DNA from: Terriglobales bacterium
GTDB taxonomy: Bacteria > Acidobacteriota > Terriglobia > Terriglobales > Acidobacteriaceae
Length of the DNA stretch: 32,000 bases
Assembly: GCA_035623255.1 (NCBI GenBank)
Contig: DASPTU010000125.1
Coordinates: 166,818-198,817 of the forward strand
Reading direction: 5' to 3'
Shown: positions 26,947-32,000 of the stretch, piece by piece
Position numbering within the stretch: position 1 is the first letter of the stretch
Layout of the letters: each line of letters begins with the position of its first letter
Made by a program: the position numbers and the translations under genes
The notes under the pieces: model-generated
Told to the model about the DNA's origin: nothing
What the model saw: the letters and a program-made list of their open reading frames with translations, nothing else
Database searches by the model: none

Positions 26947-29496
26947 ATGGCGCTGACTCCCGGCACAAAACTCGGGCCTTACGAAATTCAATCGCCGGTT
27001 GGCGCTGGAGGAATGGGCGAGGTTTATCGCGCCCGTGACACGCGCCTCAATCGCGATGTCGCTATCAAGGTTCTCCCCGCGCAGTTTTCCCGGGATGCCT
27101 CTCGTGTCTCGCGATTTCGTCAGGAGGCTCAGGCAGCCGCTGCGCTCAACCATCCCAACATTCTGGCGATCCATGATTTCGGAGAACATGATGGATCGGT
27201 CTACATCGTCTCCGAGATGCTGGACGGAGAAACCCTCCGGGACAGGCTCCGCGGCGGGGCTCTGCCGACCCGTAAGGCAATCGATTATGCCGAACAGACC
27301 GCCCGTGGCTTGGCTGCGGCGCATGAAAAGGGTATCGTCCACCGCGATCTGAAACCGGAGAACATTTTCATTACCCGCGATGGCCGGGTGAAGATCCTCG
27401 ATTTCGGCCTCGCCAAGTTGATCCGCTCTGACGGCGTGCCTCCCACCGATGCCGCAACCTTGGCCTCGCAAACCGAGCCTGGCGTCGTCATGGGCACTGT
27501 CGGCTATATGAGTCCCGAGCAGGTGCGAGGCCAGATCGCTGACCAGCGCTCCGATCTGTTCAGCTTCGGCGCCATTCTCTACGAAATGCTTTCGGGAAAA
27601 CGCGCGTTTCATCGCGACAGCTCGGTCGAAACGATGAGCGCGATTCTCAAAGAGGAGCCGCCGGATCTCACCGAGACCAATCGAACGGTGCCGCCCGCCA
27701 TTGAGCGCATCGTCCGCCATTGCCTGGAGAAGAATCGGGAAGAGCGTTTCCAGTCGGCTCATGACGTAGCCTTCGCTCTCCAGAGTCTCTCCGGAAGCGC
27801 AAGCCAACCGGTCCCAGTGGCCGCGGCGATGCCGGAAGCCTCGAATCGAACTCGCATTGCCGCGCTCGCCCTGGTTTCGCTGGCGGCACTGGCGGGAATG
27901 TTCTGGGCAGGTTGGTCGCTCAACACAAAATCCTTGCCCGTTTTCAAGCGGCTGACCTTCCGCCGCGGTACCGTAACCGCTGCACACTTTGCTCCAGACG
28001 GCCAAAACGTTATTTATTCGGCGATATGGGAAGGCAACCCGCATGCCGCGCTGTTCAGCGCCCGCACCGATGGCGTGCTCTCGCGTCCGCTCGATATCAG
28101 CGATGCCGACGTACTTTCCATTTCGCCGCAAGGTGAAATGGCGCTGCTTCAGCATTGGCGCCGCAACTTCGGGTGGCAGAGAAGCGGCATGCTGGCGCGC
28201 ATTCCCCTGAGCGGAGGCGCGCCCAAAGAAGTGCTGGACGGCGTTGAGGACGCCGCTTGGTCGCGCGATGGCAGCAGCATGGTCGTTGTACGCGGTGGCG
28301 GCGAGTACAGAATCGAGTTTCCCTTAGGCCACGTCCTTGCGAGGACCACCACCGGCTGGTTTAGCTACGCTCGGCTCTCCCCCGATCAGCAACACATCGC
28401 ATTCCTCGAGCATCCGCCCGGCGATGATCGGGGCAACGTCTCGCTCGTCGACTTGAATGGCAACAAGCGTGTGCTTTCGGACGGCTGGTCGTCATTGTGG
28501 GGTCTCGCGTGGTCACCTTCAGGACAAGAAATTTGGTTTGCCGGCAGCAATAGCGGGAGTCGCCGTGCCCTCTACGCTGTCACTTTGAGTGGGCGCTTGC
28601 GAACGGTTTTGAATGCTCCCGGTTCTCTCATTCTTTGCGACGTTGCCAGCGACGGGCGCGTCTTGCTTGCGGCCGAAGACGCTCGGCGATTTGTGATCGG
28701 CCTTTCTGCCAACAGCTCCGAGGAGCGAGACCTCTCCTGGCTTGACTGGTCGAACCCTCGCGATCTCACTCCCGATGGCAAATGGCTTGTGTTTGATGAG
28801 CAGGGCGATGGCGGAGGTCCTGCCTACTCGATTTACGTTCGCAACACCGATGGTTCCGCGCCCTTTCGCCTTGCCGATGGCGATACTGGTTCGATCTCCG
28901 ATGATGGCAAATGGGTGCTGGCAACCACCTACGCTGAGGGTGGATCACTGGTCTTGTTGCCGACCGGAGCTGGTGAGCCCCGCCCCATCAAGACCGGCAA
29001 TCTACGAGATGTTTTTGCCAGCTTTTTGCCTGATCGACAACATATCCTGATTTTTCCGCAGGACGGTCGCGTCTACGTGCAGACGCTGGATGATAATTCA
29101 CCGCAGCCAGTCATACCGCCTGGCGTTCTTGCCTCACCAGCATTCACAAGCGATGGAAAGTTTCTTGCTGCCAGAGATCAGTCGAAGAAGTGGGCCTTGT
29201 ATCCGATCGCCGGCGGCCAGCCCATCCCGCTTCCCAAATGGCCATCGAACGATTTCCCCCTCAACCACACCACCGACAATCACAGCTTCTTCGTGGCAAG
29301 TGGTGATCTGCCGGTCAATATCTATCGACTGGATTTCCTCAGCGGTGCCCGCCAGTTCGTGCGCCAGATTCGTCCTGGTGACGCCACCGGCGTGGAGCGC
29401 ATCAGCGCTCTCCTGATGACTCCGGACGGCAAGTATTGCGTCTACGGCGGCGCGCGCCGCCTCAGCACCCTTTACGTCGTCAACGGCTTGAAGTAG
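26947..29496 (+). CDS. Membrane Ser/Thr protein kinase with C-terminal WD40/TolB-like propeller
   Basis: VGAGGMGEVYRARDTRLNRDVAIKVL, HRDLKPENIFIT, DFGLAKL, GTVGYMSPEQVRG; TM ALALVSLAALAGMFWAGW; repeated propeller blades (WSRDGSSMVVV, LSPDQQHIAFL, LTPDGKWLVFD). Confidence 0.95.
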   Translation: MALTPGTKLGPYEIQSPVGAGGMGEVYRARDTRLNRDVAIKVLPAQFSRDASRVSRFRQEAQAAAALNHPNILAIHDFGEHDGSVYIVSEMLDGETLRDRLRGGALPTRKAIDYAEQTARGLAAAHEKGIVHRDLKPENIFITRDGRVKILDFGLAKLIRSDGVPPTDAATLASQTEPGVVMGTVGYMSPEQVRGQIADQRSDLFSFGAILYEMLSGKRAFHRDSSVETMSAILKEEPPDLTETNRTVPPAIERIVRHCLEKNREERFQSAHDVAFALQSLSGSASQPVPVAAAMPEASNRTRIAALALVSLAALAGMFWAGWSLNTKSLPVFKRLTFRRGTVTAAHFAPDGQNVIYSAIWEGNPHAALFSARTDGVLSRPLDISDADVLSISPQGEMALLQHWRRNFGWQRSGMLARIPLSGGAPKEVLDGVEDAAWSRDGSSMVVVRGGGEYRIEFPLGHVLARTTTGWFSYARLSPDQQHIAFLEHPPGDDRGNVSLVDLNGNKRVLSDGWSSLWGLAWSPSGQEIWFAGSNSGSRRALYAVTLSGRLRTVLNAPGSLILCDVASDGRVLLAAEDARRFVIGLSANSSEERDLSWLDWSNPRDLTPDGKWLVFDEQGDGGGPAYSIYVRNTDGSAPFRLADGDTGSISDDGKWVLATTYAEGGSLVLLPTGAGEPRPIKTGNLRDVFASFLPDRQHILIFPQDGRVYVQTLDDNSPQPVIPPGVLASPAFTSDGKFLAARDQSKKWALYPIAGGQPIPLPKWPSNDFPLNHTTDNHSFFVASGDLPVNIYRLDFLSGARQFVRQIRPGDATGVERISALLMTPDGKYCVYGGARRLSTLYVVNGLK

Positions 29497-29505
29497 CTCG
29501 CTACT

Positions 29506-29643
29506 TCACCTCGCCGAGCTCACCAGCACCAGCACCAGCAGCACCGACAACGCGAAGCTCGCAATCAGCGAGAATACCGAGGTCAGCGGATGGGTGTGAA
29601 AATATCCGCCATCATGCGTCTTGAAATGCAGCAAGGTCTTCAT
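29506..29643 (-). CDS. Small (45 aa) single-pass membrane protein, not in the supplied ORF track
   Basis: Minus-strand ATG 29643 to TGA 29508-29506: MKTLLHFKTHDGGYFHTHPLTSVFSLIASFALSVLLVLVLVSSAR. SD GCAAGGAGGGGCAC immediately before ATG. Confidence 0.68.
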   Translation of the reverse strand: MKTLLHFKTHDGGYFHTHPLTSVFSLIASFALSVLLVLVLVSSAR

Positions 29644-29724
29644 GTGCCCCTCCTTGCCCACACGCTTGGATAATTAAACACCTTTTTTCTCCCAATTTCA
29701 GTGATAAAAGTTACCGATGGTTGC

Positions 29725-29753
29725 CCCACCCTTCGCGGGTTTCGAAGGGTGGG
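29725..29753. repeat. Perfect 11-bp inverted repeat, 7-nt loop
   Basis: CCCACCCTTCG (29725-29735) cgggttt CGAAGGGTGGG (29743-29753). Confidence 0.85.
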
Positions 29754-30166
29754 AAGGGTCACCCATCCTACTCTGTAACCGACCTCCGCTGTCATTCTGA
29801 GCGTCAGCGAAGAATCTACGCATTCCTGCTTTTACTATGGTCACATTCTGACGAAACGCAGAATTCCGCAATGGTTCCATGCCTGCAGGGGTAGGGCACA
29901 ACTTCAACAACCTGCCCTGAGCGAAGCCGAATGGGGCCGATTGGGAGATCACCCTCGACCCACGCGCCATGGCCTGCCCTGAGCGACTCCGAGTAACTAT
30001 GAGGAGGAGTCGAATGGGAGGCGCAAGTGAATCTGCCTTCCAAGTTAGCTCGCAAATCCGCTCGCGGAACCTGGGCCACCGGTCCAACTGCGGATCCCCG
30101 CGCACTGGATGGAATCTCACGGGCGAGGGCGCCCGCGCCACACACGCTGTCGACCTGCGCTCGACC

Positions 30167-30188
30167 GGACAGCCGGGGGCGGCTGTCC
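30167..30188. repeat. Perfect 8-bp inverted repeat, 6-nt loop
   Basis: GGACAGCC gggggc GGCTGTCC. Confidence 0.75.
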
Positions 30189-30228
30189 CTACGTGAGAAT
30201 TTATGGGCATCCAAAGTCAGCCCGCGTG

Positions 30229-30246
30229 CAACTAAATATTTAGTTG
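30229..30246. promoter_or_regulatory. Perfect 18-bp palindrome, candidate BlaI-type operator
   Basis: CAACTAAATATTTAGTTG, centred about 55 bp upstream of the blaI-like GTG start. Confidence 0.65.
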
Positions 30247-30292
30247 ACCTTCGGAGGTCTGCTGCGTCTAATAAGGGAGAAGGAGCCAGAGC

Positions 30293-30688
30293 GTGCCTCC
30301 AACCAAATCCGCGACCCTGACCGAAGCTGAGTTGCGGCTGATGGATGTGCTCTGGGAAAAAGGGCCGTCGACGGTGCAGCAGGTGCTCGAGGCGCTTCCC
30401 AAAAAGCCTGCGCTGGCCTACAACTCCGTGCTCACCACCATTCGCATTCTGGAAAAGAAGGGCTACCTGAAACATATCAAAGACGGCCGCGCCCACGTGT
30501 ACCGGCCGGTGGTAGAGAGGGAAGAGGCCACGCGCTCGGAGATCAGCCACCTGGCCCATCGCTTCTTCCGGAGCTCGCATGAGCTGCTGGCGCTGAACAT
30601 TCTGCAGGACGAAGGAATCGATCAGGAAGAGTTGGGCCGCTTGCGCCAGCTTTTGGCCGATCACGCGCGGAAAGGTAAGCAGCCATGA
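30293..30688 (+). CDS. blaI: BlaI/MecI-family transcriptional repressor
   Basis: 131 aa winged-helix: LTEAELRLMDVLWEKGPSTVQQVLEAL...AYNSVLTTIRILEKKGYLKH...GRAHVYRPVVEREEA. GTG start with GGAG upstream. Confidence 0.92.
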   Translation: MPPTKSATLTEAELRLMDVLWEKGPSTVQQVLEALPKKPALAYNSVLTTIRILEKKGYLKHIKDGRAHVYRPVVEREEATRSEISHLAHRFFRSSHELLALNILQDEGIDQEELGRLRQLLADHARKGKQP

Positions 30689-32000
30689 CCGGAATGCAAC
30701 TGAACCAGGGTGCCGGCTGGCTGGCTGGACGGCTGTTGAATGGTATCCCGGCGAGCATTGTGATCGCGTGTGCTGCATGGATCCTGCTGCGGCTGGTGGG
30801 CCGGAAGAATTCGAGCATGCGGTTTGCGGTGTGGTTCTCGGCGTTGCTGGCGATCGGGGCCGCGCCCCTGATTGGCGGTTTGAATTTCGGCAATGCGGCG
30901 GTAGCGCGGGCGGCGGCAATTAACGCATCCAGTCTCTGGGCGGATGTTCTGCTGAGCGTGTGGGCGGTGATCGCCGGTGTTGCGATTCTACGGATTGGGG
31001 TGGGGCTGTGGGGATTGGGAAGACTTCGGGCGCGCCATCCGGCGGTCGATCCGGCCACGCTCGATCCCCTCATTCAGCGGACGCTGAGTGAATTTCAGTT
31101 GTCAAGAAAAGTCACCCTTGCGATCTCTGAGGAGTTGCGCGTTCCCACGGCAATCGGTTTCCTGAAGCCGATGGTCATTCTTCCCCAGTGGGCGGTGAGC
31201 GAACTTTCTGCGGAAGAGCTGAACGCGATCCTGATTCATGAACTCGCGCACCTCAAGCGCTGGGACGACATGAGCAATCTTGCGCAAAAGGTCATTCGCG
31301 CCATCTTCTTCTTCAACCCTGCCATCGTGTGGATTGAGGGCCGGCTATCGATCGAGCGGGAGATGGCTTGCGATGAGGTTGTTCTTTCGCGGACGGCGAA
31401 CCCGCTGGCCTACGCCCGGTCTCTGGTGGCAGTCGCCGAAAAGAGTTTTGTACGCCGCGGGCTGGCGCTGGCCCAGGCCGCCGTCGGGCGCTTGCGGCAA
31501 ACCTCGCAGCGAGTGACAAAAATTCTGGATGCACGCCACCCGGCAGCTACGCGAGTGGGAAAATCGGCCTTTGCCGTGATGAGCATGCTTGCGGTGAGCG
31601 CAGCCACTTTGTCGCGCGCTCCGGAGATCATCAGCTTCGAGGAGGCGCCGCAAAGTTACGCACACCTCACAATGACGGCGAGCGTGGAAAGTCCGAATCC
31701 GGGCGGGCTGATTCCGGCCAGCTTCGATCCGCGCCGCATAGAGAGCAAGCCGGTTGTGCATCCTGAGCATTCGTTGACCGCGCGACGCGCTTCGGCGCGG
31801 CGGCCAAGACCGGCAGATTCGAGACCCTTGTTGGCCTCATTGCGCACGCAAAATCGGCTCACGATGCAAACGGTGTTCGTCGTCCTCGAGACGCGTGACG
31901 GCGCGATGGCGCCACAGTGGACGCTCTGCGTCTGGGGTGTAACGTTTGTGAACTCGCAGCCGGCTGTGGTTGCGCCCGCAATTCCGGCGCGATCGATTTA
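30685..32000 (+). CDS. BlaR1/MecR1-like M56 metalloprotease-domain protein, truncated by window edge
   Basis: Frame opens at ATG 30685 (ATGA overlap with blaI) and I find no stop to 32000. Multi-TM N-terminus and zinc motif LIHELAHLKRWDD. Absent from the track because it runs off the window. Confidence 0.88.
   Translation, partial: MTGMQLNQGAGWLAGRLLNGIPASIVIACAAWILLRLVGRKNSSMRFAVWFSALLAIGAAPLIGGLNFGNAAVARAAAINASSLWADVLLSVWAVIAGVAILRIGVGLWGLGRLRARHPAVDPATLDPLIQRTLSEFQLSRKVTLAISEELRVPTAIGFLKPMVILPQWAVSELSAEELNAILIHELAHLKRWDDMSNLAQKVIRAIFFFNPAIVWIEGRLSIEREMACDEVVLSRTANPLAYARSLVAVAEKSFVRRGLALAQAAVGRLRQTSQRVTKILDARHPAATRVGKSAFAVMSMLAVSAATLSRAPEIISFEEAPQSYAHLTMTASVESPNPGGLIPASFDPRRIESKPVVHPEHSLTARRASARRPRPADSRPLLASLRTQNRLTMQTVFVVLETRDGAMAPQWTLCVWGVTFVNSQPAVVAPAIPARSI

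Noticed and set aside
26812-28155. 447-aa minus-strand ORF
   Set aside because: Antisense shadow of the kinase gene in high-GC DNA; plus strand has clear HRD/DFG kinase motifs, and the minus product shows no recognisable domain.
29506-29560. CAGCAC/CACCAG triplet-like run as a microsatellite
   Set aside because: It is explained by the LVLVLV/LLV transmembrane codons (CTG/GTG) of the 45-aa minus-strand ORF, so not listed as an independent repeat.
29816-30919. 367-aa minus-strand ORF
   Set aside because: Crosses repeat-like intergenic DNA and the antisense of blaI/blaR1; Pro/Arg-rich composition, no SD or domain pattern.
1-32000. CRISPR array, tRNA/rRNA genes, transposase or phage genes
   Set aside because: No regularly spaced direct repeats, no recognisable RNA gene cores and no transposase/integrase-like proteins were seen on either strand by eye.

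Overview
High-GC bacterial window. Duplicated-type permeases, a Ser/Thr kinase with a C-terminal propeller, bactofilin and a BlaI/BlaR1 pair suggest Acidobacteriota; this is an inference, not tested. The left two thirds (about 176-20,814) look like a compact, mostly undescribed lipid or polyketide-like gene cluster. It holds an MdlB/MsbA-type ABC exporter, a UbiE-like methyltransferase with an SD/GTG start, two P450s, a flavin-dependent-halogenase-like protein with GES and WxWxIP motifs, and a complete TolC + DevB/HlyD + DevC + DevA-type exporter. It also holds a free-standing ACP, two complete ketosynthases, an HpnP-like (B12-binding/DUF4070-type) radical SAM enzyme, a CPA2 antiporter and a geranylgeranyl-reductase-like flavoprotein. 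Most striking: the membrane-fusion protein carries an N-terminal AMIN-like domain, and the exporter ATPase carries a C-terminal GAF domain. No ketoreductase, dehydratase, acyltransferase, ligase, thioesterase or PPTase is visible, so the pathway would need partners from elsewhere. The right third is more ordinary: SAM methyltransferase, bactofilin, hypothetical, DUF72, ADOP-like permease, kinase, BlaI/BlaR1. It also contains a 45-aa membrane-protein ORF missing from the supplied track, a perfect 18-bp palindrome upstream of blaI, two genes with TATAAT immediately before their ATGs, and a patch of intergenic repeat-like sequence. All family assignments come from reading motifs by eye, with no database search.
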